Part shown: positions 8,606-18,031 of the stretch, piece by piece
Layout: each line of letters opens with the position of its first letter
How positions within the stretch are numbered: position 1 is the stretch's first letter
NCBI GenBank assembly: GCA_035506435.1
Contig: DATJPK010000166.1
Location: 1 to 48,347 of the forward strand
From: Methanomicrobiales archaeon
GTDB lineage: Archaea; Halobacteriota; Methanomicrobia; Methanomicrobiales; JACTUA01
Length of the DNA: 48,347 bases
Reading direction: 5' to 3'
Translations under genes and position numbers: made by a program
The notes under the pieces: generated by a model
Told to the model about the DNA's origin: nothing
Databases searched by the model: none
What the model saw: only the letters and a program-made list of their open reading frames with translations

Positions 8606-9805
8606 ATGGAATGCGTGGTGCTCGCGGCGGGAGAGGGCAGGCGTATGCGCCCCCTGACCGCGAACCGGCCGAAGGTAATGCTCCCCCTCGCGAACCGGCC
8701 CATCCTCGAGCACCTGATCCTCGCCGCCCGGGACGCCGGGGTCACGGAGTTCACCATCGTCGTGGGTTACCGTGAGCGTGAGGTGAGGTCCAGCCTCGGC
8801 GACGGCGGGCGGCTCGGGGTCTCGATCCGCTACGTCTCCCAGCGGCACCAGCTCGGGACCGGCGATGCCCTCAGGGCCTGCGAGGGCCTCGTTTCCGGTC
8901 CCTTCCTTCTCCTGAACGGGGACATGGTGGTACGGTCGGACGACCTTCGTGCCCTTGCCGGCCACGGGCCGACGGTCATCGCGGTCTCACGCTCGACCCA
9001 TGCCCAGGACTTCGGTACCGTGAAGATGGAGGGGAAACGGATCCTCGCCCTCGCCGAGAAGGTCCCGAACCCCGAGGGCGACCTGATCAACGCCGGGGCC
9101 TACCTCCTCGACCCGGGGATCTTCGGCCTCCTCGAGAGCGTCGGCCGCTCGGAACGGGGCGAGTACGAGGTGACCGACGCCCTCTCGGTCCTGATCCGGG
9201 AGGGGAAGGTGACGGGCTACCCGATGGGCTTCTGGCTCGACGTGGGCTACCCCTGGGACCTCCTCGAGGCAAACGCGGTCCTCATGCGGGACGGGGAGTT
9301 CACCCGGGAGGGGACCGTCGAGGCCGGGGCGGTCCTTTCGGACGACGTGGCCGTGGGGCCCGGGTCCGTCGTCCGCACGGGCACGGTCATCGAGGGGCCG
9401 TGCGTCATCGGGAGGGACTGCCGGATCGGCCCCCATGCCTTCATCCGGGGGGCCACCTCCATCGGGAACGGCTGCCACGTCGGCCACTGCTCGGAGGTGA
9501 AGAACTCGGTGATCCTCCCGGGGACGAAGATCCCCCATTTCAACTACGTCGGGGACAGCGTCATCGGCTCCTCCTGCAACCTCGGGGCCGGGACAAAGAT
9601 CGCGAACCTGCGGAACGACCATGGCCGGGTGCAGGCCTGCGGGAAGGACACGGGCCGGGTGAAGTTCGGTGCCGTGGTCGGCGACGGGGTCTCCTTCGGG
9701 ATCAACTGCTCGGTGAACGCCGGGACCGTCGTGGGGAGCGGCTGCAGCTTCGCCCCCCAGTCTTATATACACGGCTGCATCAGGGAAGGAACGGAGATGA
9801 GGTAA
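8606..9805 (+). CDS. glmU: bifunctional sugar-1-phosphate nucleotidylyltransferase/acetyltransferase (archaeal GlmU-like)
   Basis: N-terminal LAAGEGRRMRPLT...KVMLP nucleotidyltransferase motif, plus a C-terminal left-handed beta-helix of hexapeptide repeats. Confidence 0.8.
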   Translation: MECVVLAAGEGRRMRPLTANRPKVMLPLANRPILEHLILAARDAGVTEFTIVVGYREREVRSSLGDGGRLGVSIRYVSQRHQLGTGDALRACEGLVSGPFLLLNGDMVVRSDDLRALAGHGPTVIAVSRSTHAQDFGTVKMEGKRILALAEKVPNPEGDLINAGAYLLDPGIFGLLESVGRSERGEYEVTDALSVLIREGKVTGYPMGFWLDVGYPWDLLEANAVLMRDGEFTREGTVEAGAVLSDDVAVGPGSVVRTGTVIEGPCVIGRDCRIGPHAFIRGATSIGNGCHVGHCSEVKNSVILPGTKIPHFNYVGDSVIGSSCNLGAGTKIANLRNDHGRVQACGKDTGRVKFGAVVGDGVSFGINCSVNAGTVVGSGCSFAPQSYIHGCIREGTEMR

Positions 9806-9810
9806 GAGCC

Positions 9811-10962
9811 ATGCAGGCCGTCATACTCGCGGCCGGCGAGGGGACGCGGCTGCGCCCCCTCACCCATGCGAAGCCCAAGGCGATGATCCCGGTTGCGAAC
9901 CGGCCGGTCATCGAGCATGTCATCGATGCCCTCCTCGTGAACGGGATCCGGGACATCGTGGTCGTGGTAGGCTATCGCCGGGAGTACGTCCAGCGGTACC
10001 TGAATTCCCTCGAGACCCCCGTCACGGTGGTCGTGCAGGAGAAGCAGCTCGGGACCGCCCATGCCCTCCGGTGCGCCGCCCCTGAGATCCGGGACGACTT
10101 CATCGTCCTCCCCGGGGACAACTACATCGATGCCGCCTCCATCGCGAAGATCAAGGGCGAGCCCTGCGCCATGCTCGTGAAGGAGCACCCGAAGCCGTCG
10201 AACTTCGGCGTGGTCGCGGTGAGGGACGGCATGGTCACGGGCATCGTCGAGAAGCCCGAGGAGGCGGCCACCCATACCGTGAGCACCGGGATCATCTCCC
10301 TCCCCCGGGACACGATCGGGAACCTCGCGAAGAACGAGATTCCCGACGCCCTCATGGGGCTCATCCGGAAGGGCCTGAGGATGAAGGCCATACCGGCCGA
10401 AGACTGGCAGTCGGCCATCTATCCCTGGGACCTCCTCGTCATGAACGAGAGCCTCCTCCAGCACATCGCCCCGGAGAAGGCCGGGCGCCTCGCAGGGACC
10501 GTGGCCTTTTCCGGTGTCATCAATGTCGGGCACGGGACCCGGATCGGACCGAACGTCACCATCACCGGCCCGGTGGTTATCGGGGAGGACTGCGATATCG
10601 CCCCCGGGACCTGTATCCTGCCCGGCACCTCCATCGGCTCCCGGGTCACCATCGAGCCCTTCACCGTCATCGGGAGGTCCATCGTCATGGACGACACCTC
10701 CATCGGTTCGCACTCGCGGGTCCTTGACTCGGTCATCGGCGAGGGGTGCGCCCTCGGGGACCATGCGAGCACCACCCGGAGCCCGTCCCTCCTCTCCATC
10801 GAGGGGCAGGTGCAGAAGGCCGAGTTCGGGGCCGTCCTTGGCGACCGGGTGAGCTCCGCCCCCTTCACGGCTTTCAGGACCTGCATCGTCGGGAACGGGG
10901 TAACGATCCGAGAGGGAAGGACCATCACCCAGGTGCTCCCGGACAACACGCTGGTGATGTGA
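9811..10962 (+). CDS. second nucleotidylyltransferase + hexapeptide-repeat protein (GlmU paralogue)
   Basis: In-frame ATG at 9811 (MQAVILAAGEGTRLRPLTHAKPKAMIPV...). Same two-domain layout as the preceding gene. Confidence 0.8.
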   Translation: MQAVILAAGEGTRLRPLTHAKPKAMIPVANRPVIEHVIDALLVNGIRDIVVVVGYRREYVQRYLNSLETPVTVVVQEKQLGTAHALRCAAPEIRDDFIVLPGDNYIDAASIAKIKGEPCAMLVKEHPKPSNFGVVAVRDGMVTGIVEKPEEAATHTVSTGIISLPRDTIGNLAKNEIPDALMGLIRKGLRMKAIPAEDWQSAIYPWDLLVMNESLLQHIAPEKAGRLAGTVAFSGVINVGHGTRIGPNVTITGPVVIGEDCDIAPGTCILPGTSIGSRVTIEPFTVIGRSIVMDDTSIGSHSRVLDSVIGEGCALGDHASTTRSPSLLSIEGQVQKAEFGAVLGDRVSSAPFTAFRTCIVGNGVTIREGRTITQVLPDNTLVM

Positions 10963-10963
10963 G

Positions 10964-12703
10964 ATGTGCGGGATCGTGGGGTATGCCGGCAGGCGGAGGG
11001 CAGCCCCCCTCATTATCGAGGGGCTCCGGAGGCTTGAGTACCGGGGGTACGACTCCTTCGGGGTAGCCACCCTCGGGCCGCACGTCGCGGTTCTCAAGCA
11101 GTGCGGGAGGATACCCGCCGAGCTGCCTGGCGCGAGGTCCATGGACGGCACCCTCGGGATCGGCCACACCCGCTGGGCGACCCACGGGGCCCCGAGCGAC
11201 GCGAACGCCCACCCGCACACCGACTGCTCGGGTAAAATCGCGGTCGTCCACAACGGGATCATCGAGAACTATGCATCGCTCCGGAAGGCTCTCGAGAAGA
11301 AGGGACATACCTTCCGTTCCGAGACCGATACCGAGGTCATCGCCCACGTGATCGAGGACCGGTACAAAGGAGACCTCCTCGCCGCGGTGCGGGAATCCCT
11401 CCCGTCCCTCGAGGGATCCTACGCGATCCTCGTTGTCGCCGAGGGAGACGAGCGTATCATCGCCGCCCGGAACGCGAGCCCGCTCGTCCTCGGGCTCGGG
11501 GACGGCGAGACCCTCGCCGCCTCGGACATGACCCCCCTCCTCGAGTACACCGAGCGGGTCATCTTCCCCGAGGACGGGGACGTCATCTCCATCACGCCGC
11601 AGGGGGCAGAGATCTCCCGCGACGGCCAGCCCGTCGAACGGCCGGTCGAGCTCGTGAACTGGTGCGTGGACGATGTGAAGAAGGGTGGCTTCGAGCACTT
11701 CATGTTAAAGGAGATCTACGAGCAGCCCCGGGTCTTCTACGAGACTGTCAGGACGGCAAACCCCGGTCCGCTCGTCGACCTCCTCCGCCAGACCCCGGAG
11801 CTTACCATCGTCGCCTGCGGCACCTCGTACCACGCGGGGCTGATCGGGAAATACCTCATCGAGGAGGTCGCCGGGATCCCGGTCCGGGTGGACCATGCCT
11901 CGGAGTTCCGGTACTCGGTCCCCCCGGTCCGGAACCCGGTCCTCGCCATCACCCAGTCGGGCGAGACCGCCGACACCCTCTGGGCCATCCGGGCGGCGAA
12001 GGCCCGCAACTGCCCGACGGTCGCGATGACGAACGTGGTCGGTTCCTCGGTGACCCGGCTCGCCGAGGCGTCCATCTACACCCGGGCCGGCCCCGAGGTG
12101 GGGGTCGCGGCGACGAAGTCCTTCACCGGCCAGCTCGCGGCATTCATGGCCCTCGCCGACCGGCTGCGCCCGGGAGCCCTCGGGACGTCCATCGCCGCCT
12201 GCCACCTCGCCATGGGAGACCTCCTCCAGCAGGACGTGCAGGAGGCGGTCGGGATCCTCAGGAGGGCGCGGTCCATCTTCTTCGTCGGGAGGGGGCCGTT
12301 TTACCCCGTCGCCCTCGAGGGCGCCCTCAAGATGAAGGAGATCTCCTACATTCATGCCGAGGGGTATGCCGCCGGCGAGCTGAAGCACGGCCCCTTCGCA
12401 CTCCTCACCCCCGATACCCCGGCGGTAGCCATCTGCCTCCCGGGGCCGACCTACAAGGTCATGATCTCGAACATCAAGGAGATCAAGGCCCGGGGGGCGC
12501 CTGTCATCGGCATCGGCAGGGCCGGCGACCAGGAGCTCGCGGACGTGGTGGACCTCCTCGTCACCATCCCCGGCGAGGACCAGTGGGTCTGGATCCTCAC
12601 CGCCTCGGTACTCCTCCAGCTCCTCGCCTACTACACGGCAAAGAGCCTGGAGACCGATATTGATAAGCCGAGGAACCTCGCAAAGAGCGTGACTGTCGAA
12701 TGA
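10964..12703 (+). CDS. glmS: glutamine--fructose-6-phosphate aminotransferase (isomerizing)
   Basis: MCGIVGYAG N-terminal nucleophile, two SIS domains, C-terminal ...AKSVTVE. Confidence 0.95.
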   Translation: MCGIVGYAGRRRAAPLIIEGLRRLEYRGYDSFGVATLGPHVAVLKQCGRIPAELPGARSMDGTLGIGHTRWATHGAPSDANAHPHTDCSGKIAVVHNGIIENYASLRKALEKKGHTFRSETDTEVIAHVIEDRYKGDLLAAVRESLPSLEGSYAILVVAEGDERIIAARNASPLVLGLGDGETLAASDMTPLLEYTERVIFPEDGDVISITPQGAEISRDGQPVERPVELVNWCVDDVKKGGFEHFMLKEIYEQPRVFYETVRTANPGPLVDLLRQTPELTIVACGTSYHAGLIGKYLIEEVAGIPVRVDHASEFRYSVPPVRNPVLAITQSGETADTLWAIRAAKARNCPTVAMTNVVGSSVTRLAEASIYTRAGPEVGVAATKSFTGQLAAFMALADRLRPGALGTSIAACHLAMGDLLQQDVQEAVGILRRARSIFFVGRGPFYPVALEGALKMKEISYIHAEGYAAGELKHGPFALLTPDTPAVAICLPGPTYKVMISNIKEIKARGAPVIGIGRAGDQELADVVDLLVTIPGEDQWVWILTASVLLQLLAYYTAKSLETDIDKPRNLAKSVTVE

Positions 12704-13293
12704 TCGAGTATGGCAGGAACACTTTTGGCCCGGGTGCCCGGATCTTCGAGCCGGTCACCGTCGGCTTCCCCTCCCGGGACCGGATCGGGTGCGAGGACTT
12801 TCGGGGCGCGGTCATCGGGAAAAACGCCCTGATCCGGTCGGGGACCGTCATCTACTGCGACGTGGAGATCGGGGACGACTTCCAGTGCGGCCACAACGTC
12901 CTCGTCAGGGAACGGACCCGGATCGGGGACCGGGTGGCCGTCGGCACCTCCACCGTCATCGAGGGCGACACCGGCATAGGGAGCGACGTGCGAATCCAGT
13001 CGATGGCCTTCATCCCGACCCATACCGTGATCGGGGACGGGGTGTTCATCGGTCCCCACGCCGTCCTCACGAACGACCGGTACCCGCCCACGGGACTCCC
13101 TGAGCTCAGGGGGCCGATCCTGAAGGACCGGGCGGTCATCAGTGCGAACGCGACAGTCCTCCCGGGAATCACCGTCGGGGCGGGGGCCTGTGTCGCGGCG
13201 GGTGCGGTGGTCACCCGGGATGTCCCGTCCCACAAGCTCGCCATAGGGGTCCCGGCGCAGATCCGGGACCTCCCCGAGGAGTTGAGACGATGA
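12700..13293 (+). CDS. hexapeptide-repeat N-acetyltransferase (WbpD-like)
   Basis: ATGA overlap with the glmS stop. Left-handed beta-helix repeats throughout. Sits with the DegT, Gfo/Idh/MocA and UDP-sugar dehydrogenase genes. Confidence 0.8.
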   Translation: MIEYGRNTFGPGARIFEPVTVGFPSRDRIGCEDFRGAVIGKNALIRSGTVIYCDVEIGDDFQCGHNVLVRERTRIGDRVAVGTSTVIEGDTGIGSDVRIQSMAFIPTHTVIGDGVFIGPHAVLTNDRYPPTGLPELRGPILKDRAVISANATVLPGITVGAGACVAAGAVVTRDVPSHKLAIGVPAQIRDLPEELRR

Positions 13294-14387
13294 CAGGTAC
13301 GATCCCCGTGTCCCGCCCGGTGCTCGGGAAGGAGGAGGCCGAGGCGGTGACCCGGGTCATGGAGTCGGGAATGATCGCCCAGGGCGAGGCGGTCAGGGAG
13401 TTCGAACAGGCCTTCGCCTCCTACTGCGGGACCATGCATGCCATCGCGGTCTCGAACGGGACCACCGCCCTCCACGCCGCCCTGCTCGCGGCGGGCGTCG
13501 GGCCGGGCGACGAGGTGATCGTCCCCTCCTTCACCTTCATCGCCTCGGCGACGTCGGTATCCATGTGCGGCGCGAGGCCCGTCTTTGCCGACGTGGACGA
13601 GCGGACCTTCACCCTCGACCCGGCATCGGCGGAGGCCCTCATTACGCCGAAGACACGGGTGGTGATGGGCGTCCACCTCTTCGGGCAGCCCTTCGATGTC
13701 CCCGCCCTTACGTCCCTCTGCAGGGAGCACGACCTCCTCCTCGTCGAGGACGCGGCGCAGGCCCATGGCGCGACCTTCCGGGGGAAAAAGACCGGGTCGC
13801 TCGGGCAGGTCGCCTGCTTCTCCTTCTACGCGACGAAGAACATGACGACCGGCGAGGGGGGCATGGTGACGACGGGCGACGCGGACCTTGCCGCGAGGAT
13901 CCGGCTCCTTATCAACCACGGCCAGAAGGAGAAGTACCTCCACACCACCCTTGGCTACAACTACCGGATGACAGACATGGCGGCGGCGATGGGACTCGTC
14001 CAGCTCGGCAGGCTCGACGGGATGAACGCGAAACGGGTGGAAAACGCGAAGTACCTGGACCGGAGCCTCCGCTGCCCCGGCCTCGTGACGCCGTACGTCC
14101 GCCCCGACGCGACCCACGTGTACCACCAGTACGTGGTGAAGGTGGAGAAAGGGTCGAAGGTTACGCGGGACGGGCTCATGCAGGCCCTCGCGGCACGGGG
14201 TGTCGGGACCGCCATCCACTACCCCCGCCCGGTCCATGACCAGCCCCTCTACCGCGGTACGCAGGGCAAGGACCCCTGCCCGGTGTCGGGCCGCCTCGCC
14301 GCCTCGGTGTTCTCCCTCCCGGTCCATCCCCTCCTTTCGGATGAGGATCTCCACTCTATCGTGAAGGCCGTGAAAGAGGTGACCTGA
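13290..14387 (+). CDS. DegT/DnrJ/EryC1/StrS family PLP-dependent sugar aminotransferase (WbpE-like)
   Basis: ATGA overlap with the upstream stop. FSFYATKNMTTGEGGMV PLP-lysine region. Confidence 0.9.
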   Translation: MTGTIPVSRPVLGKEEAEAVTRVMESGMIAQGEAVREFEQAFASYCGTMHAIAVSNGTTALHAALLAAGVGPGDEVIVPSFTFIASATSVSMCGARPVFADVDERTFTLDPASAEALITPKTRVVMGVHLFGQPFDVPALTSLCREHDLLLVEDAAQAHGATFRGKKTGSLGQVACFSFYATKNMTTGEGGMVTTGDADLAARIRLLINHGQKEKYLHTTLGYNYRMTDMAAAMGLVQLGRLDGMNAKRVENAKYLDRSLRCPGLVTPYVRPDATHVYHQYVVKVEKGSKVTRDGLMQALAARGVGTAIHYPRPVHDQPLYRGTQGKDPCPVSGRLAASVFSLPVHPLLSDEDLHSIVKAVKEVT

Positions 14388-14388
14388 A

Positions 14389-15303
14389 ATGGATGCAGGC
14401 GTCATCGGTGTCGGGAGCATGGGGCGGAACCATGCCCGGATATACTCCGAGCTGAAGGCGGTCGACTCGCTGTACGTGTACGACACGGACGGGAAGGCCG
14501 CGGCGGACATGGCAAGGCTCCACGGGGCGACCGCCTGCCCGTCCGTGGGAGAGCTCCTCTCGAAGGCTGATGCGGTCTCACTCTGCGTGCCCACCCGGTT
14601 CCACCTACCGGTTGCAAAGGAGGTGATCGCGGCGGGGGTCCATGTCCTGATCGAGAAGCCGATATGCATGACCGCCGCCGAAGGGAGGTCGCTCCTCTCC
14701 GCCATCCCGGACGACCTCGTGGCAGGGGTCGGGCATATCGAGCGGTTCAACCCGGTCGTCCCCGAGATCAGGCGGATCATCCGGAAGCCCCTCTATGTCG
14801 AGATGAAGCGGCACAACCCGACCTCGTCGCGGATGACCGGGACCTCCGTCGTGGAGGACCTGATGATCCATGACATCGACATCGCGCTCCATGCCCTGTT
14901 CCACGGGAAGCCTGACTCGCTCGTCTCGGCGGGAAACGACGACATCGCGGGAGCCCTCATGCGCTGGGGCGGGACACCCGTCTACCTCTCGACCTCGCGG
15001 AAGTCGAGCAAGAAGATCCGCATGTGCTACATCGAGGAGGAGGAGTTCACCATCGAGGGGGATTTCATGACGCAGGAGGTGTACGTCCACCGGAAGCCGG
15101 GCAGGTACACCATCGAGGATGAGAGGTACGTCCAGGAAAATATCATCGAGAAAGTGATGGTGAACAAGCTTGAGCCCCTCAAGGTCGAGCTTTCCACCTT
15201 CCTCGACTGTGCCTCCAGGGGGAAGCCCTTCCCCATCACGCCGGCCGAGGCGGTGGAAAACCTGGAGATCTGCGAGGATATCCGGAGGGGCCTCTCCGGT
15301 TGA
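14389..15303 (+). CDS. Gfo/Idh/MocA family oxidoreductase (WbpB-like)
   Basis: N-terminal Rossmann GVIGVGSMGRNH and the EKP motif (VLIEKPI). Confidence 0.8.
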   Translation: MDAGVIGVGSMGRNHARIYSELKAVDSLYVYDTDGKAAADMARLHGATACPSVGELLSKADAVSLCVPTRFHLPVAKEVIAAGVHVLIEKPICMTAAEGRSLLSAIPDDLVAGVGHIERFNPVVPEIRRIIRKPLYVEMKRHNPTSSRMTGTSVVEDLMIHDIDIALHALFHGKPDSLVSAGNDDIAGALMRWGGTPVYLSTSRKSSKKIRMCYIEEEEFTIEGDFMTQEVYVHRKPGRYTIEDERYVQENIIEKVMVNKLEPLKVELSTFLDCASRGKPFPITPAEAVENLEICEDIRRGLSG

Positions 15304-15351
15304 TGCCCCGGACGGGTTCATGGCGGAGATAATGAAACGCGGAGGCGTTAT

Positions 15352-16791
15352 ATGGACCAAGTGAAGGGAGGACTCGCGAAGGTCCTCGGGGCAAAGGGGC
15401 CCATCGGCCGGGTCGGCGTCGTGGGGATGGGATACGTCGGGATTCCTTCGGCCGTCCTCTTCGCCGACTCGGGGGCATTCGAGGAGGTGATAGGGTTCCA
15501 GCGGGACTCACCAAGCTCCGGGTACAAGATCGACCTCCTGAACCGGGGCGAGACCCCGCTGAAGGGCGAGGAGCCGGACCTCGGGGAAATGCTCAAAAAG
15601 GTCGTCGGTGCCGGCACCTTCCGGTGCTCGCCGGACTTTTCCCTTGTCTCGGGCCTCGACGCCGTCACCCTCGCGATCCAGACCCCCTTCCGTGACCCGA
15701 AGGATCTCATCCCGGACTTCACCCCCCTCCACGACGGGCTTGCCTCCGTCGGGAAGCACCTCTCCCCGGGGACCCTCGTCGTGATCGAGTCCACGGTAAC
15801 CCCGGGGACGACCGGCGGGATTGCACGTCGGATCCTCGAGGAAGAGTCCGGACTCGTCGCAGGCCGGGACTTCGCCCTCGCCCATGCCCCCGAGCGGGTG
15901 ATGGTGGGGAGGCTCCTCCGGAATATCCGGGAACATGACCGGGTCGTCGGGGGGATCGATGCGCCGTCCACCGAACGGGCGACCGGGCTCTACCGGACCG
16001 TGCTCTCGACAGGGAAGGTCATCCCGATGACCGCCATGGCCGCCGAGGTGACGAAGACCGCCGAGAATGCCTTCCGGGACCTCCAGATCGCCGCTGCAAA
16101 CCAGCTCGCCCTCTACTGCGAAGCGATGGGGGTGAACTTCTACGACGTCCATGCCGGGATCGCGAGCCTGAAGGAGGAAGGGGTGACCCGGGCGATCCTC
16201 TACCCGGGTGCGGGGGTCGGGGGCCACTGCCTCCCGAAGGACACGTATCACCTGGAACGGGGCGTGAAGGAGTCCGGGAAGGGCCTCGATTATCCGAAGA
16301 ACGCCGAGTCGATCTTCATCCTCGCCCGCCGGATCAATGACTTCATGCCGAACCATATGCACCGGCTCACTGTCGAAGGCCTCGGGCGGGCCGGGAAGAA
16401 GCTCGCCGGCTCCCGGGTGGCAATTCTCGGCTGGGCATTCCTCCATGACTCGGACGATACCCGGAATACCCCCTCCGAGCCGTACCGCGATCTCCTCGTG
16501 GCCGGCGGGGCAGATGTCGCCGTCCATGACCCATACGTCGACCGGTCTCCGGGGGTCACCATCTCCCACGATCTCCGGGAGGTCATCTCGGGGGCTGACG
16601 TGGTGGCAATCCTCACAGGCCACCGGGCGTACCGGTCCCTGGCCCCGCGGGACGTGAAGAACTGGTGCGGGGCGGAACACCCGGTCATCGTGGACGGGAG
16701 GAACATTGTGGACCCCGACGCGTTCATCGGCGCGGGGTTCGTGTACAAGGGGATCGGCCGTGGGGACCGGAACCACCACCCGATCGCCTGA
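15352..16791 (+). CDS. nucleotide-sugar 6-dehydrogenase (UDP-GlcNAc/UDP-ManNAc dehydrogenase family, WbpA/WecC-like)
   Basis: GMGYVGIPSA Rossmann motif and catalytic Cys motif GGHCLPKD. Confidence 0.85.
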   Translation: MDQVKGGLAKVLGAKGPIGRVGVVGMGYVGIPSAVLFADSGAFEEVIGFQRDSPSSGYKIDLLNRGETPLKGEEPDLGEMLKKVVGAGTFRCSPDFSLVSGLDAVTLAIQTPFRDPKDLIPDFTPLHDGLASVGKHLSPGTLVVIESTVTPGTTGGIARRILEEESGLVAGRDFALAHAPERVMVGRLLRNIREHDRVVGGIDAPSTERATGLYRTVLSTGKVIPMTAMAAEVTKTAENAFRDLQIAAANQLALYCEAMGVNFYDVHAGIASLKEEGVTRAILYPGAGVGGHCLPKDTYHLERGVKESGKGLDYPKNAESIFILARRINDFMPNHMHRLTVEGLGRAGKKLAGSRVAILGWAFLHDSDDTRNTPSEPYRDLLVAGGADVAVHDPYVDRSPGVTISHDLREVISGADVVAILTGHRAYRSLAPRDVKNWCGAEHPVIVDGRNIVDPDAFIGAGFVYKGIGRGDRNHHPIA

Positions 16792-16812
16792 ACCGGGGGG
16801 ACGGGAGCGGGC

Positions 16813-17958
16813 GTGAAGATCCTCCTCGTGTCCACGCAGGACTACCTGCACCACCCCATCCCGTCGAGGCACCACTACATCTTCGAGGAGCTTGCGCGGC
16901 GTCACGAGGTCCATGTCCCCCACTTCCACGTGAGCCAGGGGCCGGAGCGGAAGACCCGCCTCATCGTACACGAGGCAACGAAGTACCCGAGGGGTGGCCC
17001 GCTCGTCCACTATACGCTGAACGCCCCGACGCAGTTCAGGGTCCTCGAGGAGATCGTGAGGGACTGCGGGATCGACGTCGTGGTGGCCTCGCATGTCATC
17101 GCCGGCATGGCAGTCATCCGGGCCGCCCGCCGCCACCGCGTTCCCGTGCTTTTTGACCTGAAGGACTGGTTCCCCGACTCTGCGGCGGCCTACTACAGGA
17201 ACCCGGTGCTCAAGAGGGTGGTGCGCGACGCGGTCTGGTTCGTCACCCGGTATAACCTGGACCGGAGCGACCGGATCAGCACCGTGTCGCCCTCGCTCGT
17301 GAGCCAGCTCCGTTCCTTCGGGTACGACCCGGCGCTCATCACAAATGGCGTGGACACCGACCGGTTCGTGCCCATGGACGGGGGGCCGATGCGAAAGGAG
17401 CTCGGCATCAGGGACGGGGAGTTCGTCATCGGGTTCGAGGGGGCCGTAGAACGGTGGTACGCCCTCGACCGGGTCATCGATGCCCTCCCGGGGCTCCTCG
17501 TTCACCGGCCGGACACCCGGCTCCTGGTCGTAGGCGGTTCTCTCTTCACCGGCTACATGGACGAGCTGAAAGCGAGGGCGGAGGCACTCGGGGTCCTCGG
17601 CCACATCATTTTCACGGGACCGGTCCGGTACCATGACCTGCCCCGGTACATCGCGCCGATGGACCTCTGCCTCATCCCTCTCTCGCCGCCGCAGTGGGTG
17701 AACATCGCTCTCCCGAACAAGTTCTTCGAGTACTCGGCGTGCGGGAAACCGATACTCTCGTCGCCGATCCCGGATGTGATGGGCATCGGGGGGCCCCACC
17801 TCTCTATCTACCGGACTGAAGCGGAGTTCTCCGAGCGGGTGATCGCGGCAATGGACCGGCCGGGGACCTATACCCTCGACGTCGAGCGGTTCAGCTGGAA
17901 GAGGAAGGCCGCGGAGTTCGAGGAGATCCTTTCGGGCCTTGCCGCGTCCTCCCGGTGA
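16813..17958 (+). CDS. glycosyltransferase, GT4 (group 1) family
   Basis: GTG start (MKILLVSTQDY...). GT-B fold C-terminal region ...NKFFEYSACGKPILSS. Confidence 0.8.
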   Translation: MKILLVSTQDYLHHPIPSRHHYIFEELARRHEVHVPHFHVSQGPERKTRLIVHEATKYPRGGPLVHYTLNAPTQFRVLEEIVRDCGIDVVVASHVIAGMAVIRAARRHRVPVLFDLKDWFPDSAAAYYRNPVLKRVVRDAVWFVTRYNLDRSDRISTVSPSLVSQLRSFGYDPALITNGVDTDRFVPMDGGPMRKELGIRDGEFVIGFEGAVERWYALDRVIDALPGLLVHRPDTRLLVVGGSLFTGYMDELKARAEALGVLGHIIFTGPVRYHDLPRYIAPMDLCLIPLSPPQWVNIALPNKFFEYSACGKPILSSPIPDVMGIGGPHLSIYRTEAEFSERVIAAMDRPGTYTLDVERFSWKRKAAEFEEILSGLAASSR

Positions 17959-18031
17959 TTCCCGTCCTCAATCCTCCGGCCTACGCAAACGATTTAATGG
18001 TTTTGCGGCGAACCAAGGAGAGGAGGACAGC

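Noticed and set aside
15508-17799. 763-aa ORF on the minus strand spanning the UDP-sugar dehydrogenase and GT4 genes. Similar giants occur at 12852..14780, 18053..20428, 9763..11262, 46656..48155 and 36675..38168.
   Set aside because: They lie antisense to genes with strong family motifs. Their translations are Arg/Pro/Gly/Asp/His-rich low-information strings with no motifs. Long stop-free antisense frames are expected in DNA with very GC-rich third codon positions.
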